NCBI RefSeq assembly: GCF_009914755.1
Contig: NC_060925.1
Reading direction: 5' to 3' (one strand)
Length of the DNA: 64,000 nucleotides
From: the human T2T-CHM13v2.0 reference genome, Homo sapiens
A program made the position numbers and the translations under genes. This document shows positions 18,947-41,777 of the stretch, piece after piece (position 1 is the stretch's first letter; every line of letters begins with the position of its first letter). Below the pieces are notes generated by a model, which was not told the DNA's origin, did no database searches, and saw only the letters and a list, made by a program, of their open reading frames with translations.

Positions 18947-21365
18947 AGTATATGAAAATATTTTAATCTTACTAGTAAAGAAATGGAAGCTAAAACAATG
19001 TGAGATAACATTTTTAACCGATTGCAATAGCAAAGTGTTAGAAGACATGGACATTTGCATCCATTGCTTTTGGGAGTGTAAATCTGTAGTCTTTCTCTGC
19101 AAGTTGATAGTATATGTGAAAAGGTTTAGAAATGCTGTTAGCTTTGCCTCTGGAATCTTCTAGAAATTTATTCTAAAAAATTATAGGACAAATGCACACA
19201 TGTATACATTATAGGATATTCACTGCAACATTGTTTATGGAATGATACTGGGTAAGTGACCTCCTTTTGTCTGGCACCCTGTTTCTGTGTGGAAGAATAG
19301 CCACTTCTGTAATGCTTCTGAACCCACTTCCACCACACAATTCTCTCCAGGGGAAAAGAAGTAACTTGTTTCGTTGATGAGTCAGGGCTCTGCTCTCTCC
19401 ATTCTTCCACTTTGGGATCTGTCTGCTTGCAGACAGCTGTGCTCTCATGGACTCCCTGCCAAGTGAAGCTTTTATAGGGAAGGCCTCCTTTTATGGGAGA
19501 GGCTGGCAGTTTTCCAATTCTGCCTGTGCCTGTGTGGAAAACCCTGTTTCGTTGCAGGTACCGTGTTTGGGCTGCACACCTGAGACATGTCATCCATCCA
19601 ACTTTAATTTTAAAAAAAGGCTGATGTTTTGATTTCCATTCGTCTGACTCCCCTCTATTGCTTAGTTGGTATTGAACCAGGGCTTCTTGACACCCCAAGA
19701 AGTAACCATAATAACAGCAAAACAAAAACTGGATATCCCAAAATATGGGATTGATTAAAATGGTATGTCTGTAAAATTGAATAGAATGCAGTTATTCAAA
19801 ATGATCCTGTTGAGGCATATACTGGTAAATAAGGAAAAATGAATTCTAGCAGAGCATTTTGCATATGAACACACCTATCCATGTATATAGTCTGCTTTTT
19901 CCTCTCTTTTTCTCCCTTCTTTCTTCACCTATATTTTCTGAAGCTTCTGTAACTATTTTTGTTAAAAGTAAAGTAAAAATGGGTTAATGACATTCTTGCC
20001 TCTGGTTGATGGGGGCTGGCACATGCTTTACTTTATTCTTTTGTCTCTCAGGCAGTTTCCTTGGTGGGGTAAGCAGGGTCTTGGTCACAGGCAGGTCTAG
20101 AATTGATTCAGCTTTCCCTAGCTGGTCACCTCCTTTACATGGCCACCTCTCACAGGACAAGAACGCCTGGTGATTTGTGGCTACTGACTCCAGCCCCTTA
20201 CCTTCTTTGCAGATTCTCACCTGGTCAGAAAGAAGTTCACCTGTGGGCCCAAAGGAGGCAATAGTCATCTCACTCCTCCACTGCCCTGTTTCATCTCCTT
20301 CCCAGGAGGCTGAAGCTTCTGCCTGAGGAGAAAGCCTCAGCCTCCCTGGAGCTGTGGAGGAATGAGAAAATACTCCCACTCAGGAGAATAAACCTGTAGA
20401 TAATAACAAGATCAGGGTGGGGAGCTGGTGCACGGAGTAACCTCTAATTCATGGAGATGCCTAAATCATCATCATTTGCAGTGGCTCCTGGGAAATGGAA
20501 TTTTCCACATAACTGAATTCTCTAGATAGCTAGTGTTTACTATTTTAAGATCCTATATTTTCTTAATCATTTTTAATGGAAATCTTATGGAAGCATTTTC
20601 AATTTAGTTCAATAAACATTTAACATGTTCTTGATGACTCAGTGTCATCCTTGTAAGGAGTATTTTATTGTGCTCTACAAGGGTGATGTTCTTTGAGCTC
20701 ATTAAACCATGGAATCCTGAAGCGCCACTGCTGGTTATTGTTCTTTCAAGGTCACACCTGTGTTTTTTAGACCGTTGGCCTACTTGCCTTGCTGAGAACT
20801 GTTCCATCTGAGAACTTGTGTATTCTAGTTCTTTTGAGACCCTGCTATATTGTGTAAGCATTTGATTGGGAAGGGCTCTGATTGACATCAAGATTCAGCA
20901 GCTCGTGGCAGATATATCTCTGCTGATGTGAGGCTGTTTTCATTTGTTTATGAGTTTGCTGCTGGGTTTTGGCTACTGTGGTTATGGTGGTCAGCAATCT
21001 GATCTCTGATTGAATAGGTCATTCTTACAAGATTCCTATTCATCTTTTTCACAACCAAATTAAAACACATTTTCCTTTACAAACAGGCTTCCTTATAGAT
21101 TAATGATCATTTACATGATAATTGTAGAAAGTGTGTTTCAAACAAATGCAGTAAAATTTCTAATCTCATTCACAATAAAACATTAATGAAGTTCAGAGTC
21201 TGTTCCTGAAGCTATACGACTGGAAATCACAAGCTATTTCTAAGAGAATTCCATGGAAACAATTGAATGATCATGCATTCATTAATTATAACTATTCAAC
21301 TTAACTAAATAGATTCTTTATTGGGTTTCCATTGCCTTAAGTATAAAGCTCAATGTCTTTAACAT

Positions 21366-21820
21366 TGTATCTGTTAGTTTTGCTGTCTAAAACCACCCAA
21401 AACATAGGCATTTTAAATAAAACAGTGTTTTATTACATTTCATGATTATATGGACCAGTGAGCAATTCTTTTGGTCTGAGTTGGCTTGGCTGGAATTGGA
21501 TGGTCTAAGTTGGCCTCACTAACATGCCTGGGGTCTCACCTGAGATGACTGGGATGACTGAGGTCTCTCTCCACAAAGTCTCATGCTCCAGGAGGCTTGC
21601 TTGAATATGTCACATGGTAGCAGGAGGGTTTCCAGCAGCAAGAGAGGGCAAACTCCAATACACGTGTACCTCTCAAGTTGCTACTTGTGTCACATTTGCT
21701 AATGTTCCATTGGCCAAAGCAAGTTACAATGGCTTGTATTTGTGGGGATGGGACTAGGCATGTGCATGGATATGGGAAGGCATGGTTTGTGGGGGCCATT
21801 ACTGCAACCACGGACCACAG
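21366..21820 (-). mobile_element. MLT1 (G/H-type) LTR
   Basis: AAACCACCCAAAACATAG...TTCCATTGGCCAAAGCAAGTTACAATGG...GGCCATT...CCACA. Confidence 0.7.
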
Positions 21821-21844
21821 CATGTTCCAAACTATTACTCTAGC

Positions 21845-22710
21845 CCTGCAGTTCCCAGACTGGCTGAGCGGCCCAGGGATGCCACAGTGAATTCACAGGG
21901 GTGTTGTGGGATTTTTTAAAGTTTCTAGGGACACATAGTTATACTCAACGACTACTGGACATCTAACAATCTATTGGCTTTATGTAGTTTGCAATGTCAA
22001 CATCATTATATTCCTTTTGGAGTGAGCTGTCATGTCTTTGTAAAGCTGGATTTTTGTGGTTGCTGTGATAAAAAGCAAGTACTGCATAAAAATCAATGTG
22101 GAACAGCAGATAACGGTCATGGTGTCCAATATGATCCCAAGATATCAGAAGTTATGCAGTGCCTAATGCCTAACAGGTTCTTATATCCCATTATTGTGGT
22201 TAAGAGTGAAACAAAATATTATCTTAAAAAATTTGTGTATTTTTTTTTTTTTTTGAGACGGAGTCTCACTGGGTCACCCAGGCTGGAGTGCAGTGGTGCG
22301 ATCTCAGCTCAATGCAACCTTTGCCTCCTGGGTTCAAGTGATTATCATGCCTCAGCTTCCTAAGTAGCTGGGATTACAGGCATGCGCCATCACATCTGGC
22401 TAATTTTTGTATTTTTAGTAGAGATGCGGTTTTGCCATGTTGGCCAGGCTGGTCTTAAACGCCTGACCTCAAGTGATCCACCCACCTCGGCCTCCCTAAG
22501 TGCTGGGATTACAGGCATGAGCCACCACACCTGGTCGTGTATTATGTTTTAAGTGTTTAAATGTATTATGTCTAAGTTGTTAGAACATACATACTTACTA
22601 AGTTTTCTGTATCGAAGCACTTATGGAGCTATTAGGTATTTCTTTTGGTCTGGGGTATTGTGAAAAAATCAAGACACATGCCATGAACCAAGAAAAGTTG
22701 GTAACTTCTA
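21845..22710. mobile_element. hAT-Charlie DNA transposon fossil, interrupted by an Alu
   Basis: CAGTTCCCAGACT...AAAGTTGGTAACT TIR-like ends; transposase-tail-like GCAAGTACTGCATAAAAATCAATGTGGAACAG. Confidence 0.6.
22240..22536 (-). mobile_element. AluSx-like
   Basis: T tail, full dimer, GACCTCAAGTGATCC; GTGTATT on both flanks. Confidence 0.92.
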
Positions 22711-23184
22711 TTCTAACCAAATTTTCTACTGTTCATGAAAGAAGAAAGTTAGGAAATAAAGCAAATTTTATGAAAAGGTGAATGGATTCAGTTTTGGATA
22801 TATTGAATCTGAGAATCTTGTGAGCCATTCAGGAAAAGGTACAGTGAGTGAGATTCAACAGAGTGTTTGGAGTGGAGTGAATTTCATCCTTGAATAATCA
22901 TGTGTATGCACTCTTATTGATTGCTCTGAGTCTTGTACATACTCAAGAATTAATTAGAAACGAAAAAGTCAATTTATTTTCCATATAATCAGTGCTCAAT
23001 CCCAGAGAGGGATTAATAATATCTAAATAAAATTTATAATATCATTTGCTAGACAGGATAAATATTAGGGAAGGAACCTAATATTGATCGTTATCTACTG
23101 TGTACCAAATGATGCTAGTTGCTTTACATATGTTAATTTGTGAAATTCTCAAAACAAATTTGCAAAAAGGACATTCTTGGTTTA

Positions 23185-24045
23185 CTTTTTCATTGTGGTA
23201 AAATATTTACAACATAAAATTGACCATTTTTGCAGCTTTTTAATGCATACTTTAGTAGCATTAAGTATATTCACATTATTGTGCAACCATCACCAGTACC
23301 CATCTCCAGGCCTTTTTTCTCATCCCAAATTGAAACTCTGTACCCATTAAACAGTAACTCCCATTTTCCACCTTTTGCTTCTATGAATTTGACTTTTTGG
23401 GTACTTTATATAAGTGCAATCATAAAATATTTGTCCTTTTATGTCTGACTTGTTTAACTTAGCACAGTATCTTCAAGGTTTATCCATGTTGTAGCATGTA
23501 TCAGAATTTCATTCCTTTTGAAAGCTCAATAATATTCCATTGTATGTATACCACCATGTTATGCTCATCCATTCATCTGTCGGTGGACATTTGGGATGTG
23601 TCTGCCTTTTGGCTTTTGTGAATAATGCTACCATGAACATTGGTGTACAAACATCTCTTCAAGTCCCTGCTTTCAATTCTTTGGGGTATATACATAGAAG
23701 TGGAATTGCTGGATCTTGTGATAGTTCTACGTTTAATTTTGTGAAGAAATGTCATACTGTTTTCCACAGTGGCTGCGCCATTTTGCATTTCCTGCAGCCA
23801 TGTGCAAGTGTTCCAATTTCTCCACATTTTTGCCAACACTTGTTATTTTCTGTGTTTTTCATGATAGCCGTCTGAGTGAGTATGAAGTGATAGCTCATTG
23901 TAGTTTTGATTTTCGTTTCTGTAATGATTACTGATGCATCTTTTCATGTAGTTACTGGACATTTGTATTTCTATTTTGGAGAGATGTCCATTCAAGCCCT
24001 TTGCCCACTTTTTAGTTGGATTGTTTGTTTTCTGTTGTTGAGTTT
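23185..24045 (-). mobile_element. L1MB-type 3' fragment
   Basis: ATTGTGGTAAAATAT...CACATTATTGTGCAACCATCACC 3' end; ORF2 C-terminal similarity (TLLGIYP-like region, RCLYTNVHGS shadow). Confidence 0.8.
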
Positions 24046-24105
24046 GGCTTAAAATTTTTGCAAATGTTTAATAGATGCATTTTAATTTTCCTCTTAAGTC
24101 TTTTT

Positions 24106-24221
24106 TTTTTTTTTGTGTGTGTGTGTGTGTGCAAACAGCAGGCCTCTAAGGGGGCAGCATGAGGTTCATTGTCCTGGGGAGAGAGAAGATGAGCTCTTGT
24201 CTCTTGACCTCTTAGGTGTTG

Positions 24222-24253
<32 letters not shown>
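24106..24253. repeat. T-run/(TG)n and (GA)n microsatellites
   Basis: Direct read: (TG)n near 24115-24131, (GA)n near 24223-24253. Confidence 0.9.
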
Positions 24254-24254
<1 letters not shown>

Positions 24255-25126
24255 TTTGCTAAATTACCTTATTTACTATTTCCCACATTGCTAGCTGAGC
24301 CCAGAAAACTCTTACCATAGAAGTTCTCCTCCTATGTAGAGAAGACACCCCTGTGCATAGTAAGGCTTAACTCTCAGATTAGCATCAGGTAGTAGGAGGC
24401 TATGACATAGAGAAAGTAAAGAAAAGCCTCACCCATCCCCTGCCTTTTTGGCTAAGAAGGTTGTGGAATGGAATAGAGAGAAAAGTAATTTTTTGTAATT
24501 AATTTCTATAATTTTTTCCCACTTGGCTTGGAAAGAGGGAGCTGTGTTACAAAAGTGAGAGGAATAGCAAGGGCAAAGAGGCGAGCTATTGCTCATTTCC
24601 AAATTGAGTGTCCTAGAAAGTACATCTCTTGTCCTGCCCACCTGTACCAACTTAGGGTATGACTACAACATCTTGGCCATGCAGCACGATCAGACAGAAG
24701 GAGAAATTGTGGCTTTGTTTTCCTAAGTTTCTCCCAGTTTCCATGTTTTATGGACACTCTGACAAGAACCAGTAGGGTTTCCAGGTATCCTCTGCCTATC
24801 CTGCCTCAACAAGTCAGGGTGGACTACCAGACCAGTGGACTGGGTGAGAGAGAGAGCAGACACTCCTCAGTCTGTAGCCAACATAGCAGGAATGAGACTG
24901 ATTCATGTATAGGTGCTATTAAGTCCTGACCAAGCAAGAAGCCCCAGTGAATAATTGTCATTGTCCTGGTGACCGGTAGTAACTTCCTGATGCATGTCAA
25001 TGGCCAGTATGGGGAGAGGAGGCTCTTACTCCAGTGCCATGATGACCCATCAACACTCCCTCTCCTCAGATATCCAGATGCCATCTTAAGGAAAGGAGCA
25101 GGGGAAGGAGGCAACCGTCTGAAGGC

Positions 25127-25290
25127 CAGGATTGGCTGGTCCCAGTGCAAAATGAAAATGCAAGTTCCTTGTTCTAAAATTTAAAATTTCAATACTGTGT
25201 CAGCAGAGCATTAAACCAGGTGTGGGGTCCTTCTGAGTATAGGTCCCTGTGCAACTCCACAGGTCGCATGCCCATGAAGCCAGTTCAGCT
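25127..25290 (-). mobile_element. MER45-like hAT-Tip100 element
   Basis: CAGTGCAAAATGAAAATGC...CAGCAGAGCATTAAACCA...ACAGGTCGCATGCCCATGAAGCC. Confidence 0.75.
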
Positions 25291-25777
25291 GAGAATCTAA
25301 ATATTATTTTTTTCCCTAGAGATTGAGATTGTCAGCATTACCCAAAAGGATTATTTTAATGATCAGATTGGATTAAATTTAAACTGCATCGGACATATAG
25401 TTAATTCTTTTTCCATTAACCAGTGAGTGAGTTTTTGGGAGAAATGCCAGATTAGATTATGGATAATCAAGACATTAGTGAGTTGAATATGAGTTAAATT
25501 TGTGGTCCTGTGGTAAAGAGCTAATTTTCTCACTTTTATAGGAGAAGAACTGGTGATCAGAGAGGTTAAGGGATTGTTCAACGTTGCTCAGGTGAAACTG
25601 AGTACATTGAAGTGAAATTGAAATTTAAATCAAAATGTGATTCCAAAACTTTGACTTGTTTCCCCTCTTCTGATGCAGATGATACTAAAATCAAAGCTAA
25701 GCCTAAAACTTGAACTTTGAAGTGAGATTTTTTTTTAAATATGTTTGTTTTCTGAAGCACAGATAAAAGTAAACCTT

Positions 25778-26985
<1,208 letters not shown>

Positions 26986-28489
26986 GGTCAGAGACATAAA
27001 CATTTGGAATCAGTGAAGAGCAGATTTCTTTTTGCAAGAAAACCTGAATTATTGAACTTTCCCCATAGGGCTTATTGGCTATGAGGGCAATATTCTTGGG
27101 CTTGATGTGAAAGGGTTACTAGATAGATCTTTCAAGAGACTATATTCTGTGAGTTAGGAGTCAAGATGCCTGACACAATTTACTCAAGGAATTGGACTTT
27201 TCAGGTGACCTCCTTTTTTTTGTATAAGTTAATTTTTGGTCTCGGCTGGACAAAAGAACTGTATTTTTCGGTTGAGGGAATAACCTTGGCAGAAAAAAAG
27301 AAAAAACCTCTTCTGAATTAGTTTCTTGAGAAAAATATCCCTTGAGAGGTAAAATAACAGCTGTGTGAAACATTCATATTGAAACCCGAAGGGTCCCTGT
27401 TACTAATTGTTGTGAGGAGGCTGAAATCAAAGAGCTTGGGGTAAGATGTCTCAATCTGCTGAGTTTCCTGCAGGACCACTTTCCTTATGTAACCTCAGGA
27501 TTCTGTCCTTTTTGTATAGGGGAGTGTGTTATTGCCTATTATTAACAATGCTACTTTTGCCAGTCAATCATGTAAAAAATTGCTGAAAAGAAGGTTAAGA
27601 AAACCCACAGTACTTTACTTTGGGTTTTAGTCACATCTTCCAATCAGGGGGTTAGTCCAACTCTAGAATGACTGCTCTGCTTGATTTGACTTAGCCACCT
27701 GCTTAAAGACAGTGAGTGTTACGTTCTAGAAACTTGGGGTCATTCTGGGTAGTGACCTCTGTTATGGTCATTAAGGAAAACTCTTCCTCTCCCTCCTTCA
27801 TCCCCTCTCTGTTGGATCTCCCCCTTCCCCACTTGCTGCAATGTCTCTTTGGGCCCTTGAATGCTTCCTTCCCCAGACGCTTGTCTGTTAGTCATCTCAG
27901 TCTCTGGTCTGGGTGATTGGTCAATCTGGTTGGAGAAAAAGGTGGGATGGGAAAATGCCTGTGGATTTTTCAGGCAGAGTTTTTATGCCATAGAGTAGGC
28001 AGTTTAGTGTCATGTTTAAGAGCCCAGTCTCTAGAACCAGACAGCCTGGATTTCAATTAATCTGGCTCAACAATGAATAGTTGTGTGACTTAAACTCTCT
28101 GTGCTGCAGTTTCCTCATCTATAAAATATAAATTCAAATAATACCTAATCCTAGGGGTTGTTATAATGATTAAATGTGTTTATATATAGTAACTAGGAAG
28201 CAAGAAGAAAACAATTTTTCTACGACACTTAGACATTTAAACAGAAGAATGTTTTGTTTGCCTGTTTCCTAGTTGGTGTTTTATGGAAGATTTTTTAAAC
28301 TTAATTGATTTGTTTACTCTTTTGGATGATGGGACTAGGAGAACAACGTGATAATGCAAGGTAGAAAGAGTAATCAGATTGGGCTTTAGATTTACGAGTT
28401 GGGCTTGTGAAGTCTGCACCCCAGGTGGACCCATCTTAGCCCACATGAACTAATGACTACAGAAAATGACTGAGCTAGTGAAGTATCAT

Positions 28490-28746
28490 TCATTTTACTT
28501 ATTCAAAAATATTTATTGAGCATCTGCAACATTTCAAGCATTGTGCTAAGTAAGTCCTGTGGCTACACTGATGAATAAGGCAAAGGGAGTAAACAGACCA
28601 TAAATAAATACATAAAAAACTAAACAAGATAATTTCATGAGGTATGAATACTTTGAAGACTATAAAACCAATTTTATGTGACATCTAGTGACTGGGGATA
28701 GGTGGCTACTTTAATTATAGGGCTTAGAGAAGGTCTAATCATTCTT
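28490..28746 (-). mobile_element. L2 3' fragment hosting the L1PA3 insertion; resumes at 33037-33115
   Basis: ATTCAAAAATATTTATTGAGCATCTGC...GTGCTAAG. Confidence 0.65.
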
Positions 28747-33015
<4,269 letters not shown>

Positions 33016-33132
33016 AGAGAAGGTCTAATCATCCTTGAACTGATTGGTAAATATAAAGATCTGGGAGGAAAACATTGCAGGTAGAATGAATACCAAGTGT
33101 AGACAAAGTCCAGTAGATGTGGGACTAGTCAG

Positions 33133-35378
<2,246 letters not shown>

Positions 35379-36150
35379 TTGAGGTTATTTTTTTTTAAGT
35401 GAGCTTGGACAATGTGACTTTCAAGAAATTTTTCCATTTCATCTAGGTGGTTGTATTTAAAGTCATGGAGTTTTTCATACAATTTTCTTATGCTTGTATT
35501 CTCTGTAGGGTCTATTGTAATGTCTTCTTTTTCATTTCTGATATTTTGTAATTTTGTGTTTTCCCTCCTTTTCTTGATCAGACTGGCTAGGAGCTTACCA
35601 GTTTTTTTCTAAGAATCAGCTATTTGATTTTTGACTTTTAACCCATTTGTCATTTTCCTCAATAATACTCTTCTCTCTAATCCTAATGTAATATCATGCA
35701 TATTTCTGTTACATTAGGTTTAGAGACAAGTTCAGTTTAGAGATAACTTCAAGAACAGTTTTTATATTTTATTTTCACATTGAAATTCAGTCAGATTCGC
35801 CTCAGCCTCAAATAGCATGTTTATGTAAAATTAAATGAGTGCTGGCAGTGAGTTGCACTTTTTTTTCTAAACAGGAAATGGGTTAAATAAATTTTCTACT
35901 CGATTTTATTGATTTTTTGCTGTTTTCCTTATTCTTTCCTTCTTTCTACTTGCTTTGAGTTTACTTTGCTCATTATTTTTTCTACTTTCTTAAGGTAGAG
36001 ATATTGATCATTAATTTGAGAATTTTCTTATTTTCTAACAAAAGCTTTTAATGCTCCAAATTTCTTTTTAAGTACTGTTTTTGCTGCATATCACAAATTT
36101 TGATATCTGTGCTTTCATTTGCATTCAATTCAAAATTTTTGATTGAAAGG
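35379..36150 (-). mobile_element. Old L1M ORF2 fragment
   Basis: [11 protein letters not shown]-type ORF2 shadow; T-rich antisense L1 composition. Confidence 0.65.
35642..35882. mobile_element. MER75-type piggyBac MITE
   Basis: TTAA TSD at 35638-35641 and 35883-35886; TIR CCCATTT/AAATGGG; GTGCTGGCAGTGAGTTGCACTTTTTTTTCTAAAC end. Confidence 0.85.
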
Positions 36151-36230
36151 CAGACTTCTGGAAATGGTCATACTTACTGTTTTGCTAGGCCTTTATTGTG
36201 GGGTCTAGCAAACCCATGGAAGTTTATTGA

Positions 36231-37148
36231 CTTAGTCTGTTTGAGCTACTAAAACAGGATACCACAGACTGAGTAATTTATAAAAAAACAAAAATTTATT
36301 CCCACAGTTCTGGAGGCTGGGAAGTCCAAGATCAAGGCTCTGGCATCTGGTGAAGGACTTCTTGCCTCATCCTCACAGGGCAGAAAGTTGAAGGGCAAGT
36401 GGGGAGTGAATGCTGTGTCCCCACATGCTAGAAGAGCAGAATAGAGAGAACCCACTCCTGCTAGGCCTTTTACAGCCACATTAATTCATTCATGAGGATG
36501 GAGACCACATGACCTAAAAACCTCCCATTAGTCTCCACCTCCCAATACTGTTGCATTGGGGATTAACTTTCTAAAACATGAACTTTGGGAGACACATTTA
36601 GACCATAGCATTCTGTCCCTGGTCCCCCAAATTCATGTCCTCACATGCAAAATACATTCATTCCATCCCAATATTCTTAAAAGATCTTAATTTTCTCCAA
36701 CATCAACTCAAAAGTCCAGCGTCTCATCTAAATCAGATATGGGCAAGACTCAAAGTTTGATTTGTCATGAGGCAAACTGCTCTTTAGTTGTGAGCTTGTG
36801 AACTCAAGCAAGTTATGAACTTTCAAAATACAATGGTGGGACTGGCATAGGGTAGACATTCCCATTCCAAAAGAGAACAATAGGAAAGAAGAAAGAAGTA
36901 ACAGTTCCCAAGGAAGTCCAAAACCCAACAGGGCAAACAGCATTACATCTTAAGGTTTGAGTATAATATTTGACTGCATGTCCTGTCTTCCATACACACT
37001 GTGGCAGGAGGTTGGGCCCCAAGGCCTTGGGAAGTCCCACTTTCATGATTTTGCTGGGTGCAGCCCATGCTTCGGTTTTCATGCGCTGAAGTTGCATGGC
37101 TATGGCTTTCCCAGGCTGGTGTTGTATGCTGGTGGCACTACAGGTCTG
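36231..37148 (-). mobile_element. MST/MLT1A-type LTR (to ~36610) plus MaLR internal sequence
   Basis: CACAGTTCTGGAGGCTGGGAAGTCCAAGATCAAGG; LTR end GACCATAGCA followed by internal TTCTGTCCCTGGTCCCCCAAATTCATGTCC. Confidence 0.78.
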
Positions 37149-37149
37149 A

Positions 37150-38340
<1,191 letters not shown>

Positions 38341-38616
38341 GTCTCTTTGATTTGTTGATTATTTGAAAGTGTGTTAGTTTCCAAATATTTGGGGATTTTC
38401 CAGCTATCTTTCTGTTCTTCATTTATAACTGAATTCCTTTGTGGTTAGAAAACACACTTTGTATGACTTGAATCCTTTTAAGTTTATTGAAGCTTGTTTT
38501 TTTATGGTCCAGAGTGTAGGTCATATCTTGATACTTTGCACTTAAAAAAAAGTGTTTTCTGCTGTTGCTGGGTGGCGTATTCCATAAATGTCAATTGGGA
38601 CAAATTGGCTGAGAGT

Positions 38617-39063
38617 TGTATTAATTCCTAGAGACACCATTACAAAGTGCCACCAACTGAGTGGCTTAAAAGAACAGAAATTTATTCTCCTACAGGTCTG
38701 GAGGCTAGAAATAAAAAATTAACACATTGGCAGGACCGTGTTCTCTCTGAAGGCTCTAGGGGAGGATCTTTCTTTGCCTCATCCTAGCTTCTGGTGGTTG
38801 TTGGCAATACTTGGCTTGAAGGTGTATCACTCCAACCTCTGCCTCCGATGTCACATGACATTCTTCCTATCCATGTCTAAATTTCCCTATTCTTATGAGG
38901 ATACCAATCGCTGTATTAGGAACCTTCTCCTTAATCCAGTATGACTTCATTTTCACTTGGTTACATCTGCAAAGACCATATTTCCAAATAAGCTCACATT
39001 TGCAGGTACTGGGAATTAGGACTTGAACATATCTTTTTGGAGGATACAATTCAACACACAATA
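38617..39063 (-). mobile_element. MLT1B/C LTR within old L1
   Basis: GTGGCTTAAAAGAACAGAAATTTATT...ACATCTGCAAAGACCATATTTCCAAATAAG. Confidence 0.8.
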
Positions 39064-40100
39064 GTGTTCTTTAAGTCTTCCATATTGTTACTGATTTTTC
39101 TGTGTACTTGTTTTATCAATTATTGAGAGAGGGATATTGAAATCTGACTACAATTTGTGGATTTTTAAATTTCTCCTTGTAGTTCTCTCAGTTTTGTTTC
39201 ATGAACTGTGTTCTGTTATTAGGTGCACAAACTTTGATGATTATTATGTACTTTGAGGAAATGACCCATTTATCGTGATGAAATGATCTTCTTTGTCCTT
39301 GGTAACATTATTTGCTCTGAATTCTACTTTGATGTTAATACAGACACTGAAGATTTTTTGGATTAGTGTTAATGTTAGATAGTTTCTCCTGTTCTTTTAC
39401 TTTCAATTTATTCATGTCTTTATATTTAAAGTGAGTTTCTAGTAGGCAATATATAATTGGATCTTGCCTTTTAATTCAATCTTCAAGTTTATTTATCTTT
39501 TCTTCTGGGATGTCTAATTTATCATTAATCTCATCCAGTGTATTTTTTTCCTCAGACACCATAGTTTTTCTTAAAAAAAAATCTTTCATGTCTCCACTTA
39601 ATATGTTCAGTCTTTCCTCTACTTTTCTGGCATATGGAATATGGTTATAAAACTTTAAAAATGCACTTATTTATTACTATTTTTTAAATAAATATTTTAT
39701 AATTTAATTTTTATCTGAAACAATTTTGATTATTGGTTTCTCTCCTTCTAGGTTATATTTTCTAATTCATTTGCATGCTGGGTAATTTTTGGTTAAATGC
39801 CAGACATTGTGAATTTGAGCTTTTTGGGTGCTATTTTTGTATTCCTATAAATATTCTCAAACTTTGTTCTGGGATGTAGTTGAGTTACTTGGAAACATTT
39901 TGATCCTGTGGGTCTTGCTTTTCAACTTTGTTAGGTAGGACCATAGTAGAGTTCATTTTAGGGCTAAATTTTTCCCCTTCCTGAGGCAAGAACCTTCTGA
40001 CTACTCTACCTGATGCCCTATGAATTATGAGATTGTTTTCCAGCCTGGCTGGTGGAGACGAACACTATTCCTGGACCTGTGTAAGCACCAGGTATTGTTA

Positions 40101-40515
40101 TGTAATGGTTAATTTTACGTGTCAAATTGGCTGGGCCATGGTGCCCAGATATTTGGCCAAACATTATTCTGGATGTTTTTGTGAAGGTGTTTTTTGGATG
40201 AGGTTAAAATTTAAATGGGTAGAATTTGAGTAAAGCAGATTACCCTCCATAATGTGGACAGTGCTATGCCAATCAGTGAAAGTCCTTAATAGAATAAAGA
40301 CTGACCTCCCCTGAGCAAGAAAGAATTCTGCCAGCAGACAACAAGGGGACTCAAATTGCAACTCTTCCCTGGGTCTCCAGTCTGTTGACCTACCCTGCAG
40401 ATTTTGGGTTTACCAAGCCTCCACAATCACAGGAGTCAATTCTTTAATAAATCTCTCATGCTGTATGTACACAGGTTATATTGGTTCTGTTTCTCTGGAG
40501 AACTCTGACTAACAT
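40101..40515 (+). mobile_element. MLT2C/D-type LTR
   Basis: TGTAATGGTTAATTTTACGTGTCAA...GGTTCTGTTTCTCTGGAGAACTCTGACTAACA. Confidence 0.82.
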
Positions 40516-41240
40516 GGTTACCTCTAACAATTTCTGGTGACTCCTTTCTTAGCTTCAGAGGCTGAGGGGCAATTTTTGGGCTCACCTTGTTTGTTTTTCA
40601 TCTTTCAGGGACCATGGTCACTCATTGCCTAGCATCTAGTATCTTGAAAACCATTGTTTAATGTATTTGTCTGTTTTTTTATTCAGTTGTTTCAGGTAAG
40701 AGGGTAACTGGTCCTTATCACTCCATCTTGACCAGATGTTAAAGTTCTTAGGTGTGTCTTCTTGCTTTTTCTCCTCTTACCCAATCTGGCTTGTTCTCTT
40801 TGTATGCTAGATTTATATCCACTCATAGCTTTTACTTACTCATTGTTTCAGTTTCCTTAAAACCGTGACTTTCTTATTGCTCTTTTCACCTTTCAAAAAT
40901 GTTTTATTTTTAATTGATACATAATTATAGATATTTATGGGGTACAATGTGATATTTTTATGTGTACATTGTTTAATGATCCAATCAGGGTAATTAGCCA
41001 ATTCACTACTTCAAACTCATCTTCTTTGTATGCATCTCTTTAGCTTCAGTTCTTGGAGTCAGTCTACAGATGAGCTGCCCTTGTGTTAAATTCCCTTCTC
41101 TGACTGGAGCTGCCTGGATGTGGGGAACAGGCTCATGTGAAATAAAACAAGGCTGAATTTGTTCCCTCTATAACATGATGCTGGACAGTCTTGCTTAGAA
41201 GAACTATTGGACATGACAAGTCCTATGGAGAACAAAGCCC

Positions 41241-41556
41241 ATTTTTATTTTATTTTATTTTATTTTATTTTTTGGAGACAGGGTCTGGCTCTGTCATCCA
41301 GGGTAGAGTGCAGTGATGTTATCTTGGCTCACTGCAACCCTCACCTCCCGGGCTCAAGCCGTCCTCCCACGTCCGCCTCCTCAGTAGCTGGGACTACAGG
41401 CATGTGCCACAATGCCTGGCTAACTTTTGTAATTTTTGTAGAGATGGGGTTTTGCCATGTTGCCTAGGCTGATCTCAAACTCCTGAGCTCAAGCAATCTG
41501 CCTGCCTTGGCCTCCCAAAGTGTTGGGATTACAGGCATGAGCCACCATGCCCAGCC
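41241..41556 (-). mobile_element. AluJ
   Basis: (TTTTA)n tail; GGGCTCAAGCCGTCCTCCCAC; CCTGAGCTCAAGCAATC. Confidence 0.9.
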
Positions 41557-41777
41557 CCTATTTTTATTTTATAGAAGCAAAATAATAGATTAATACTTCA
41601 ATTTACCTTTGTCACATCTTATGCCCCTCTACCATACTAGAGTGTAAGCTCCTTGAGAGCAGAGACAGTGTCTAATTTATCACTGCATTCTCATTATCTT
41701 GTAATGCCTAACCTGGTTTTTACTAAATCTGTTTTTAGACTCTCCCTTTTCCTTTAATCACCTAGCCTTGTTTCCAC

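Noticed and set aside
19168-19725. 185-aa - strand ORF, the longest non-L1 ORF
   Set aside because: Non-ATG start, no recognisable domain, ends in old L1 sequence
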